A program made the translations under genes and the position numbers. 64,000 nt of DNA from an uncultured Chloroflexia bacterium (lineage in GTDB: Bacteria; Chloroflexota; Limnocylindria; Limnocylindrales; CSP1-4), in contig CAVRGP010000006.1 of the NCBI GenBank assembly GCA_963720755.1, positions 192,001-256,000 of the forward strand. The letters run 5' to 3'. Every line of letters starts with the position of its first letter. Position 1 is the first letter of the stretch. Below, in pieces: positions 40,899 to 49,316 of this stretch. Under the pieces are notes generated by a model that was not told the origin of the DNA, made no database searches, and was given only the letters and a program-made list of their open reading frames with translations.

Positions 40899-43057
40899 AG
40901 GGGCTCGCGTTCTACCGGGATCAGGCCCGTCTCATCGGGGAATGGAGGGCCACCCGACTCGCCCTGATCCGGCGGTCCTTGTTGTCAGCAGTCGCGACCG
41001 GCGCAGCCCTCCTGACCATCTCCACGCTCTCACCGGATCTTGACATCGGCGGACTGTCATCGGTGGTGCTGGCCGCGACCCTGATAACCCTTCTCAATGC
41101 GCTCCTACGCCCCGCCCTGTTGCTCACGCTCTCACCACTACCCGCCATCGCGGTCCCGACCGTCGGGTTCCTCCTCCAGGTCCCGATCGTGTTGCTCACC
41201 GGTGCGATCGTCCCAGGGGTTCATGTCGGGACGCTGGACGCAGCCGTCCGGGACGCCGCCCTGCTCACGATCCTCAACGCGATCATGGCCGAGATCCTGC
41301 GCGCATCGGACGACGACTCGTATCACGGCACCCAGGTGCGCAGGCTGGCTGGCCGCGAGTTCGGGCAGCCGCGGACCGTGGAGCCCGGGCTGCTGATGGT
41401 CCAACTTGACGGCCTGAGTCGGCCCGTCCTTGAGAACGAGATGCGCGCCGGGAGGATGCCGACCCTCGCCTATCTCGTCCAGAGCGGCAGGTATCGGCTC
41501 GACCCATGGTCCACGCTGCTGCCACCGGTCACGCCCGTGAGTCAGGCAGGCATCCTGCACGGCGACAACGACGAGATGCCCGGGTTCCGCTGGTTCGAGA
41601 AATCGTCGAAGACCCTGGTCGTCGCGAACACCCCCGAGGGCGCCTCCGAGATCGTCAAGCGCCGGTCGAATGGCCACGGCCTCCTCGCCGACGACGGCGC
41701 GAGCATCGGGAATCTGGTGACCGGAGACGCTGCTCGGAGCTACCTAACCATGGCCACCATCATGGAGGACACCCCGGCGCCGGACGACCCACGCCGTCTC
41801 CGCGGCATCTTCGTGAGTCAGGTCAACTACATCCGTCTGTTTGTGCTGACCCTGGGCGAGGTCGCCAAGGAGTTGTACCAGCGGGAACGGCAGCACGGGC
41901 GAGGGATCGAACCGCGGATTCGGCGCGACTTCCACTACGCCTTCGAACGTGCATTGACCAACGTCTCGCTGCGGAATCTCACGACCGCCCTGGTCATCGA
42001 GGAGATGTTCGGTCGTGCGCCGTCGATCTACGTCGACTACACCGGGTACGACGCCCTGGCCCACCACGTCGGGCCCGAACGCGCCGAGGCGGTCGATGCT
42101 CTCGACGGGCTGGACCGGACGATCCACAGCCTCATGAAGGCCGCCCGCGATGCGCCCCGGCCCTACACCTTCGTCTTCCTCTCCGACCACGGCCAGTGCC
42201 TCGGCCAGCCCTTCACGCAGGCGTACGGCGAATCGCTCGAGGACGTTGCGCGACGACTCATGGACGACCCGTCGCCACCCTCCACTCGCGGAGGGGCATG
42301 GGAGTACCGCGGGATCGGCCGAGTGATCCTCGGCGAACTCGGCCGAGGTCGCGGAGCCAGGCAGACGGTGGCTCGGCGCGCCGCTCGAAGACGAACTCGT
42401 CGGTCGGCCGCAGACGACGATGGTGCCCTGGTGGCGTGTGCGTCGGGCAATCTGGCGCTGCTGTATCTGACGATGTCAGACGATCGGGTGGACCGCGAGG
42501 ACATCGAAATGGCGTACCCAGCCCTCATCCCGGGCTTGATCGAGCACGCGGGCGTAGGTCTGGTCATGTGCCATTCACAGGCTGACGGACCCGTCGTCAT
42601 CTCCCGCTCCGGCGAGCACTGGCTGGCGTCCGGACGGATCGTGGGGACCGACCCGTTGGAGCCGTTCGGGCCGCTCGCACGAGAGAGCCTTCGACGGCTT
42701 GATGCGTTCTCCAATGCAGGCGACCTGACGGTGATCGGACCATACGATGCCGATACGGGCCAGGTCGTGTCGTACGAGGATCTTGTCGGCTCGCACGGCG
42801 GTCTCGGTGGATGGCAGGGAGAGCCGTTCCTTCTGCATCCGACGGAGTTGGCGATCGAGGGCCAGCTGGTTGGGCCCGTTGCCGTCCACCACACCCTTCG
42901 TCGATGGCTTCGATCGCTGCGGTTCGACCCGACGGACGTCGACCCAGGATCGCCGCCGGAGTCAATTGCGGTCAGCGGATCGACCAGCGAGGACAGCCAG
43001 GACGCTGGACAGAGGCGGATCGCGACGCGCGCCGCCAGCGAGGGCACCCCTGTCTGA
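40895..43057 (+). CDS. 4-TM holin-like (YvlD type) domain fused to alkaline-phosphatase-superfamily domain
   Basis: N-terminal 'LLNALLRPALLLTL' TM bundle; AlkP motifs 'QLDGLS', 'T..SQAGILHG', 'YDALAHH', 'LSDHGQ', 'GSHGG'; start GTG 40895. Confidence 0.85.
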   Translation: MKGLAFYRDQARLIGEWRATRLALIRRSLLSAVATGAALLTISTLSPDLDIGGLSSVVLAATLITLLNALLRPALLLTLSPLPAIAVPTVGFLLQVPIVLLTGAIVPGVHVGTLDAAVRDAALLTILNAIMAEILRASDDDSYHGTQVRRLAGREFGQPRTVEPGLLMVQLDGLSRPVLENEMRAGRMPTLAYLVQSGRYRLDPWSTLLPPVTPVSQAGILHGDNDEMPGFRWFEKSSKTLVVANTPEGASEIVKRRSNGHGLLADDGASIGNLVTGDAARSYLTMATIMEDTPAPDDPRRLRGIFVSQVNYIRLFVLTLGEVAKELYQRERQHGRGIEPRIRRDFHYAFERALTNVSLRNLTTALVIEEMFGRAPSIYVDYTGYDALAHHVGPERAEAVDALDGLDRTIHSLMKAARDAPRPYTFVFLSDHGQCLGQPFTQAYGESLEDVARRLMDDPSPPSTRGGAWEYRGIGRVILGELGRGRGARQTVARRAARRRTRRSAADDDGALVACASGNLALLYLTMSDDRVDREDIEMAYPALIPGLIEHAGVGLVMCHSQADGPVVISRSGEHWLASGRIVGTDPLEPFGPLARESLRRLDAFSNAGDLTVIGPYDADTGQVVSYEDLVGSHGGLGGWQGEPFLLHPTELAIEGQLVGPVAVHHTLRRWLRSLRFDPTDVDPGSPPESIAVSGSTSEDSQDAGQRRIATRAASEGTPV

Positions 43058-43069
43058 GCGCCGGAATGG

Positions 43070-43816
43070 TCAGACGTCGAGCACGGTGACCAACGGAAGG
43101 TGATCCGAAGCCCGCGTGAGCAAACTCGGATCCTCGTCCGCCGGGGCGCACTCGACCAGCTCCTCGATCAGAGCTGACCCAAGCATCGTGTAGTCGAGTC
43201 GGACCGTCGGACGCGCAGTGGGCATCGTCAGGCCAGGCTCGGTCGGGTGGAGATGTCGGTAGGCGTCGACCAGACCCGCCCCGGCCAACGCCGCCATAAC
43301 CTCGGATCGGATACCACCGTCGAACCGGAGCATGATCCTGATCCAGGCGGGCAGCATGGCGACCAACGGGACGTCGCCGACGGCGATCGAATTCAGGTCA
43401 CCCGCGATCACGGACCGCGCACGTCCCGGACCCGCCGCGACAGACTCGAGCAGACTTCCGACCTCGATCAGGCGAACGGCCTCGCCTCGTCGTGACAGGC
43501 CGGACGATAGGTGTACCGCGAAGACGCGCACGTCGTGATCGACGAGTCGCAGGGAGACGAAGGCGCGCCCGGGTCGGAGCTGCCCCCATGTGACGTCCTC
43601 CACCCTGGATCGGCTGAGCACAGCGACCGACGCCCCTTGGGCCGTCGCGACGACCTCAAGGTCAAGCGCGCTGCCGAGGGCGTCGACGACTGTCGGGTCG
43701 GTCGCCTCCTGCAGGACGACGATGTCCGCGCGGATCCGCTCAAGGACGGCAGCGATGGCCATTTTGCGTCGACGACCACCGAAGCGGATGTTGTATCCGA
43801 CGAGTCGCAGCGTCAA
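43070..43816 (-). CDS. Endonuclease/exonuclease/phosphatase (EEP) family protein
   Basis: 'GYNI', 'LQE', 'VHL', 'AGDLN', 'RLDY', 'SDH' all present; TTG start overlaps the upstream stop (TTGA). Confidence 0.9.
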   Translation of the reverse strand: MTLRLVGYNIRFGGRRRKMAIAAVLERIRADIVVLQEATDPTVVDALGSALDLEVVATAQGASVAVLSRSRVEDVTWGQLRPGRAFVSLRLVDHDVRVFAVHLSSGLSRRGEAVRLIEVGSLLESVAAGPGRARSVIAGDLNSIAVGDVPLVAMLPAWIRIMLRFDGGIRSEVMAALAGAGLVDAYRHLHPTEPGLTMPTARPTVRLDYTMLGSALIEELVECAPADEDPSLLTRASDHLPLVTVLDV

Positions 43817-44700
43817 TCCGCTGGGTCCAGCTCGACATATTGCTGACCCTGGACGACGGCCCGCAACTCCAAGAACCATCCGGCCATCGATTGCAGGCTC
43901 ACAGGACGTCCCGCGATCCGTTGGGCAGCGTCCCGCGTCGGGTCCAACGTGGGAGCGACCCAGCGCGCTTGATCGCTAAGGGGCAAGGTGTTCAATCCGC
44001 CGAGCAGACGAGCATCAGGGACCCATGCTCTTGCTGCCTTGTCGCCGACCACCACGAGGTCCAGATCGCTGCTGCCGAATCCACGCCCATCGAATGGAAC
44101 GCCCGTCTCGTAGCTTCGTCCGTTCACCGCACTACCGCGGAGATAGATCCTCGTGCCATCCGGGAGTCCTTCGCGCAGGACAGCCAGGAAGCGGCCCACC
44201 TCATCGAGATGAGTTCCGAAAATCCGGGCGAGTGCCGCATCGAGGAGCCCGACCGCCGTCGGCTGTTCGGCGCGGAGCATCTGGATGACTCGACTTGCAA
44301 CCTCGGCGTGATCTGGTGACAGCCCAAGCACCTGAAAGTCCACACCTGGATGGGAATCGATGATCGGGGCGAGAGCAGCCCGGGCCGCCATCGTTTCCAA
44401 CGGACGTGACGGGCCGTCCAGCACGATGGACGTCGGGAGGATCACGATCCGAGTCGCGCCCTGGTTGATGGCACGGTTCGCGAGAGCAGCCGCTCGGTCT
44501 CCGGTGGCCCGCCACGCCCAGACTCGCGGCGGCGCATCACCCGGAGATGCCGGGAGATCCGCGGCGTCGCTGGCGACCGCGCGGCGCACTGCCGCCCACA
44601 TCGCCACGGGATCCTCGACGGATTGCCCGATGACTACGAAGTCCTCGACCCGTTCGGGAGGCGCCGGAGGTGGCTGCGCCAGGCGGACGACGCTGCTCAT
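43813..44700 (-). CDS. Hypothetical protein: CbiX-like N-terminal region plus Pol-beta-superfamily nucleotidyltransferase-like domain
   Basis: 'IYLRGSAVNGRSYETGVPFDGRGFGSSDLDLVVVG' gives hGS...DxD; N-half 'QGATRIVILP...HPGVDF' recalls CbiX/SirB; coupled to both neighbours. Confidence 0.65.
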   Translation of the reverse strand: MSSVVRLAQPPPAPPERVEDFVVIGQSVEDPVAMWAAVRRAVASDAADLPASPGDAPPRVWAWRATGDRAAALANRAINQGATRIVILPTSIVLDGPSRPLETMAARAALAPIIDSHPGVDFQVLGLSPDHAEVASRVIQMLRAEQPTAVGLLDAALARIFGTHLDEVGRFLAVLREGLPDGTRIYLRGSAVNGRSYETGVPFDGRGFGSSDLDLVVVGDKAARAWVPDARLLGGLNTLPLSDQARWVAPTLDPTRDAAQRIAGRPVSLQSMAGWFLELRAVVQGQQYVELDPAD

Positions 44701-45827
44701 GGCGCCGCCACCGCCTCGGCCGCGTCTTGCTTCGCTGGCCGACCATCTTCAGGTGCCGGTTCACTGGACTTGATGGCAGCGACATCCTCCGCCACAGGGA
44801 TCTCCCGGGCCTGGAACCGGGTGAGAATGATCTCGACGGAAGCGGCGATCGGCACCGCCAGGAGTGCACCGAGGATCCCCGCGACCGCGCCGCCGACTAG
44901 CAGGCTAAGCAACACGAACAGTGGGGAAATGCCGACGGCGTTGCGCATGATCATCGGCACAAGGACACTGCCCTCGACGAGCTGCAATACGACGTACACG
45001 AGGGCCACCTCGATCGCCAGCTGCGGGGACACGGTCGCCGCCACGAGGACCGCCGGGATCGCACCGAGCAATGGACCGACGATCGGGATAGCCTCCGCGA
45101 GAGCGGCGACGAGTGCCAGGAGCAGGGCCACGGGAAGGCCCAGGAACGTATAGGCAAGCCCTGTCGCCAGGCCCATCGCCGCCATCAAGAGGAGCTGGCC
45201 GCGGGCCCACATCCCCAGACGGCTCTCGATGTCGTTCCAGGCGTCACGGATACCGGCTCGTCGCTCCGGCGCGACGTAGGCGAGCAGGTATCGTTGCAGC
45301 CGAGCGTGCTCGACTAGCCAGAAGAAGACGATCGTCAGTAGGGTCGTGAAGGTGATGGCCGCCTCAGCGGCAAACGTGCCGACCTTGGTCACCTCCTCGG
45401 TGCCAGGTGGCGGGCTCGCGCCCACGACCTTGGCCGCCGACGCGGTGACGGCGGACACGGACGTCGACAGGATCTCCGGGCGCAACGTCGAAGCCCATGC
45501 GTTGGCGGAGTCGAAGAACCTGGGTAGCCCGGCCGCCACTTGCTCTCCCTGGCTGATCGCGATCGGGACGACAACGAGCGCGAGCCCGACCACGGAGATG
45601 AAGAACGACAGGTAGACGAGCAGGATCGACGTGCCGCGTCCGACAGGGAGCCGACCCCTGACCGATCCGATGATCGGCTCGATGGCCGAGGCGAGGACGA
45701 TCGCGATGAACAACAGCACCAAGACGCCCGAGGCCGCGACAGCCAGCGCCATGAGGCCGATCGCCAGACCGGCGCCGACCGCCAGACCGCTGCCTCGCGT
45801 CACCCACGGCGAAAACTCAGATCCCAA
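44697..45827 (-). CDS. AI-2E (PerM/TqsA) family transporter
   Basis: 'WARGQLL', 'IPIVGP', 'QLVEG..L.P.IM', 'GILGALLAVPIAA'; start re-called to TTG 45827 after GAGGGA. Confidence 0.9.
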   Translation of the reverse strand: MGSEFSPWVTRGSGLAVGAGLAIGLMALAVAASGVLVLLFIAIVLASAIEPIIGSVRGRLPVGRGTSILLVYLSFFISVVGLALVVVPIAISQGEQVAAGLPRFFDSANAWASTLRPEILSTSVSAVTASAAKVVGASPPPGTEEVTKVGTFAAEAAITFTTLLTIVFFWLVEHARLQRYLLAYVAPERRAGIRDAWNDIESRLGMWARGQLLLMAAMGLATGLAYTFLGLPVALLLALVAALAEAIPIVGPLLGAIPAVLVAATVSPQLAIEVALVYVVLQLVEGSVLVPMIMRNAVGISPLFVLLSLLVGGAVAGILGALLAVPIAASVEIILTRFQAREIPVAEDVAAIKSSEPAPEDGRPAKQDAAEAVAAP

Positions 45828-46150
45828 ATGATTCCCTCTATCCGAGAAGGGCATGCTGGGCCACTGGACGTCACTCACGGTCGCGACCAGGGCTTCCTCG
45901 GCGTTGCGGGTGTATGACAAACGGTAGGGTCGCGACTCTGGGTCGCGACGCCGGAGGGCAACGTCACGTGCCTGCGATGGGTTCATGCCGTCCGTATGTC
46001 GCGACAGCCTCGGCTGTGATTCGACCATGTCAGGAGACCCGGGTGATCCGGGCGACGTGCTCGCGCGCCTCCGCGGAACGCGCTAGCGACGATGCTCGCG
46101 GGGACCAGATTCGGGACAAGATCCGTGAAGCGACCAGGAGCCGAGACCCT

Positions 46151-46297
46151 ATGGTGGACCGACCCCGCACTCATGGACAGGACGTCGGCGTCGTGCGTGA
46201 CATGCGTGCCCAGACCGACCGATCGATGGACGCACTGCAGTACGCACTCGCCTTTCTGGCGATCATCGCCGCATTCCTGCTCGCGTTGCTTCGCTGA
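46151..46297 (+). CDS. Small protein (48 aa) with C-terminal TM helix
   Basis: AGGAG SD at 46136-46140; ends 'MDALQYALAFLAIIAAFLLALLR'. Confidence 0.5.
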   Translation: MVDRPRTHGQDVGVVRDMRAQTDRSMDALQYALAFLAIIAAFLLALLR

Positions 46298-46536
46298 CCG
46301 CCGCGACCGGGACGCGACCCCACCGTGGTGGCGCGCTCAGGGGCGCCCATATGACGCGGGCATGCGGGACCGCGATGTCGCTCTGTCGGCCGCGCTCCTC
46401 TTGGGCGGTCCGGCGCCGAAGCGTAGGTGAGGCCCCCGCAGCCAGGCATCCCCGACTGGATCGAGCCGACGGTGTGGTTCGCGTATTGCCCTTGGCCGGC
46501 GGCGAAGGTCCGGTCGGCCTCCCACCGGAAGGGGAG

Positions 46537-46583
46537 TGGAGCGGAGACTCGGATCTGGACCGAGGACCTGCTGATTACCAATC
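46537..46583 (-). mobile_element. Degenerate 3' half of a tRNA-Thr gene (att-site-like scar)
   Basis: Minus strand GATTGGTAATCAGCAGGTCCTCGGTCCAGATCCGAGTCTCCGCTCCA; last 42 nt match the tRNA at 47989-48030 with 6 mismatches; no 5' half. Confidence 0.8.
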
Positions 46584-46680
46584 GGTGCAAACGGCAGGTA
46601 TCGGCGAGCTCACAGGAGGCTGCAGACACGAATCCCGCAAGCGGCCGGTAGAACCGCTCCTCCTCCGGGGCGCCGTTCAG

Positions 46681-47061
46681 CTACACCCGGCGCTTCGCCA
46701 CGCCGGCCCGAACGATGGCCTCGACGGCCGCCGGGTCGAACGCGTCGCCCTCATACCAGTCGATGCCGCGCCGCCGACTGCTGTCGGGGTACGCGTTGAA
46801 GAGGTGCTGCGGGTCGGGTAGTGCCGCGCCGTCACTCATCGTGAGGCGGACCCGCTCCTTGAGGACATTGATGTGGCACACGATGCCGTCGTGTTCGAAG
46901 CAGGGAGTGCCCGGGAGCTTTGCCGAGACCCACTTCCAGGTCTCGACGATGTCCGGATCGGCCGCATGGATCGCGGCACGGAGCCGAGCCACCATCTCGC
47001 CCTTCCAGCCAGGGTTCGAGGCGATGAGCTCGTCCAGCCGCGGGTTTCGATTCGTCTCCAT
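46681..47061 (-). CDS. DUF1801 (YdhG-like) domain protein
   Basis: 'RLRAAIHAADPDIVETWKW...P.FEHDG', 'GAALPDPQHLFN'. Confidence 0.88.
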   Translation of the reverse strand: METNRNPRLDELIASNPGWKGEMVARLRAAIHAADPDIVETWKWVSAKLPGTPCFEHDGIVCHINVLKERVRLTMSDGAALPDPQHLFNAYPDSSRRRGIDWYEGDAFDPAAVEAIVRAGVAKRRV

Positions 47062-47095
47062 CACTCGAGACTATGCCAGAGCAGCGACGAGGGCA

Positions 47096-47348
47096 TCAAT
47101 TCGTCCGACGCGTTCGGGCCGCTGCATCCGGCAACCGCGGGACGAGGATCCACACGAGCTGCGCCGTCGTCTCGGCCCCGACCTTGGACCGCGCATTCGC
47201 CAGGTGGTGCTTCACGGTCGAGTGCGCGGGCCGAGGAAGTGCGCGGGCCGAGGAGGTGGGCGGCTGCCTTCTCGGAGCCGGTCGCGACGACCGCGGTATC
47301 TACTTGGCCGTTTGGGCGATGGGTTCCGCCGCGTGCGGTCGAGCTCAA
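47096..47348 (-). pseudogene. Frameshifted stand-alone LuxR-type HTH gene
   Basis: 'VATGSEKAAAHLLG' continues in the +1 frame as 'HSTVKHHLANARSKVGAETTAQLVWIL'; break coincides with a 17-bp tandem duplication. Confidence 0.7.
47221..47254. repeat. Perfect 17-bp tandem duplication
   Basis: AGTGCGCGGGCCGAGGA x2. Confidence 0.95.
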
Positions 47349-47917
47349 ATCGGCGACTCGCCTCTCGCGAGCATGTCGACGTAGGTTTCGATCTTGCGGG
47401 CTCGCGTCTCGGCGCGCTTGAGCGCGAGTAACCGGAACACGATGCTGAAGCGCCCTTGCGCGCTCAACGCGGCGAAGGTCGCCGCGGCCGCGGGGGATGC
47501 GTCGAGCGCCGCCTGCAGGTCTTCGGGAATCTGCGCGCCCTTCTGCCGATACGCCGCCTCCCAGCGACCGTCGGCCTGCGCCCGCTGCACCTGCTCGATA
47601 CCGGAGGCGCGCATGCGACCCTCGTCAGTCAGGCGGGCGATGATCTCGACATTGCGCTGCGACCACACCGACCGTGCGCGGCGCGGCGTGAACACCTGCA
47701 GAAAATAGTCGGTGTCGAGGCCCTTAACCTGACCATCGATCCAGCCGTAGCACAGAGCCAAATCGAGAGCATCGTCGTAGGTGATGCCGGGCGCGTTCGA
47801 CGCCTTCCTGCGAATCTGCAGTCGCACCCCGACGTGGTCGAGGTTCTCGTTCAGCCACGACTCCCATCGCTCGACCGTCTCGAAAAGCATGATCGGCTTC
47901 TCGTCGTTGGACACCAC
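47345..47917 (-). CDS. YdeI/OmpD-associated family protein
   Basis: 'ALCYGWIDG', 'FTPRRARSVWSQRN', 'IPEDLQAAL', 'KRAETRARKI'. Confidence 0.92.
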   Translation of the reverse strand: MVSNDEKPIMLFETVERWESWLNENLDHVGVRLQIRRKASNAPGITYDDALDLALCYGWIDGQVKGLDTDYFLQVFTPRRARSVWSQRNVEIIARLTDEGRMRASGIEQVQRAQADGRWEAAYRQKGAQIPEDLQAALDASPAAAATFAALSAQGRFSIVFRLLALKRAETRARKIETYVDMLARGESPI

Positions 47918-47988
47918 ACGTTCAGGGTAGATGACTCGGCATCGCGCCAGGCGAGCGCACGTTTCTGGCGCCTCACGCACGAAAGGAG

Positions 47989-48063
47989 TGGAGCCGACAC
48001 TCGGACTTGAACCGAGGACCTGCTGTTTACGAAACAGCTGCTCTACCACTGAGCTATGTCGGC
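47989..48063 (-). tRNA. tRNA-Thr(CGT)
   Basis: 75-nt cloverleaf GCCGACA-TA-GCTC-AGTGGTA-GAGC-A-GCTGT-TTCGTAA-ACAGC-AGGTC-CTCGG-TTCAAGT-CCGAG-TGTCGGC-T-CCA; TATACT -10 upstream. Confidence 0.97.
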
Positions 48064-48431
48064 GCGATGGCGAGTATAGGCGATGCTCGTATGTAATCCT
48101 GTTGTTCACGTTCAGCGGAGCGGGGCGAACGTTCGTGCTCGCGGGGTTAGCACAGCGCTCGAATAGCTGATAACTGTTGGCACAGGGCCTTTGGTGATGC
48201 GTGCGCCTGGCTCCAGCAACAGAACGACGGTTCGACCTGGCTGGCAGGCATCGCATGGGATGCCCGCTCCAACGTCCGGTTCTTCCAATCACCTTCCAAC
48301 CCTGAGATTGTGGGAAACCGATCAGGCCGTTTCTGTGCCAGTTGTGTCGTCGATTGCCTGGGCCTAGACATTCCGCCGCACAGGTGGAGTTACTCCCCGG
48401 GCGTGGCCGATGGGCGACCCGGTTGACCTCC

Positions 48432-49007
48432 TCACGGAGGCGTCTCCCGCCCGGTGGTGTCCTCCTGCATCTGCCTCGCTTGAGCCCGTCTGGCGGCTTC
48501 GAGTGCCGCGCGAAGGTCCTTCATCAACAGGACGACGTGAAGCGCGTCCGTGGGCGACTGCTCGAAGCCCGGGTCAATCCCGAGGTAGAAGTCTCGCGCG
48601 GCAGGCGTTTCGCAGTGGATTAGCAGTGCGCGAACACCGACTCGCTCCGCGGTTGCAGCCGTCTGCAGGAATGCATCCTGCACGAGCGCTGTGCCGAGAC
48701 CTCGGCCCTGTGAGCTTCGGTCCGTTCCGAGCCGGGTCAGGAGTACGACGGGTACCGGGTGTTGCCCAAGGCCCTTGAGCATTCGCGGCGGGGCCTCTTC
48801 GTGGGTGACGGATCCCGCGGCCAAGGCGTAGTAGCCAACCACGGTGTGCGTTTCCGACAAGCAGACGACGTAGACCCTGGCGGACCCCGCCTGCTGCGCG
48901 TTGTGCGCATGCCGGCGGAGCCAATCCGACTGGGCTTCGGAACCGCAATCGAACGACCCAACGTCGTGATCACGTCCGAGCAGTTCGATCGGGCTGAAGC
49001 TCGTCAA
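48432..49007 (-). CDS. GNAT-family toxin (AtaT/TacT/KacT type)
   Basis: 'FDCG...WLRRHA', 'VVGYYAL', 'PVPVVLLTRLG.D...QGRGLG..L', 'ARDFY'. Confidence 0.93.
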   Translation of the reverse strand: MTSFSPIELLGRDHDVGSFDCGSEAQSDWLRRHAHNAQQAGSARVYVVCLSETHTVVGYYALAAGSVTHEEAPPRMLKGLGQHPVPVVLLTRLGTDRSSQGRGLGTALVQDAFLQTAATAERVGVRALLIHCETPAARDFYLGIDPGFEQSPTDALHVVLLMKDLRAALEAARRAQARQMQEDTTGRETPP

Positions 49008-49276
49008 GCCTCGTCAAGGACGCTAGGTCTTGCCAGGAACGCGGCAAGCCCCGTCATCGGGCGGGTTTCGCGATCGAGCAGATCGACGAACGCATTCCAT
49101 CGTTCCACCGGCAACTCGAACACAACGCGGTCTGCCAGTACTGTCCGAGCGGCCTCAGTGGCATGGGACAGGACGAAGCCACTGACCGTCATACCGCTCA
49201 CGGTCGCAGCCTCATCCAGCAAATGGCGCTGTTCGGCACTAACTCGGACCTCGAGCCGAGCGTTCTTCTGACTCAT
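49004..49276 (-). CDS. DUF1778 ribbon-helix-helix antitoxin (AtaR/TacA/KacA type)
   Basis: 'RLEVRVS.EQ..L...AA...G.TVS.FVL..A...A..VL'; overlaps the toxin start. Confidence 0.93.
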   Translation of the reverse strand: MSQKNARLEVRVSAEQRHLLDEAATVSGMTVSGFVLSHATEAARTVLADRVVFELPVERWNAFVDLLDRETRPMTGLAAFLARPSVLDEA

Positions 49277-49316
49277 CGCCTGTCGTGGTCGATACGGGCT
49301 TCCATGTCATCGTCCT

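Noticed and set aside
40895-41310. Holin-like domain as a prophage marker
   Set aside because: No endolysin, capsid, terminase or integrase nearby; the domain is fused to a cellular AlkP-type enzyme
46537-46612. A second intact tRNA-Thr(GGT)
   Set aside because: No 5' acceptor strand or D-arm, the anticodon stem is broken and the T-loop reads TCCAGAT
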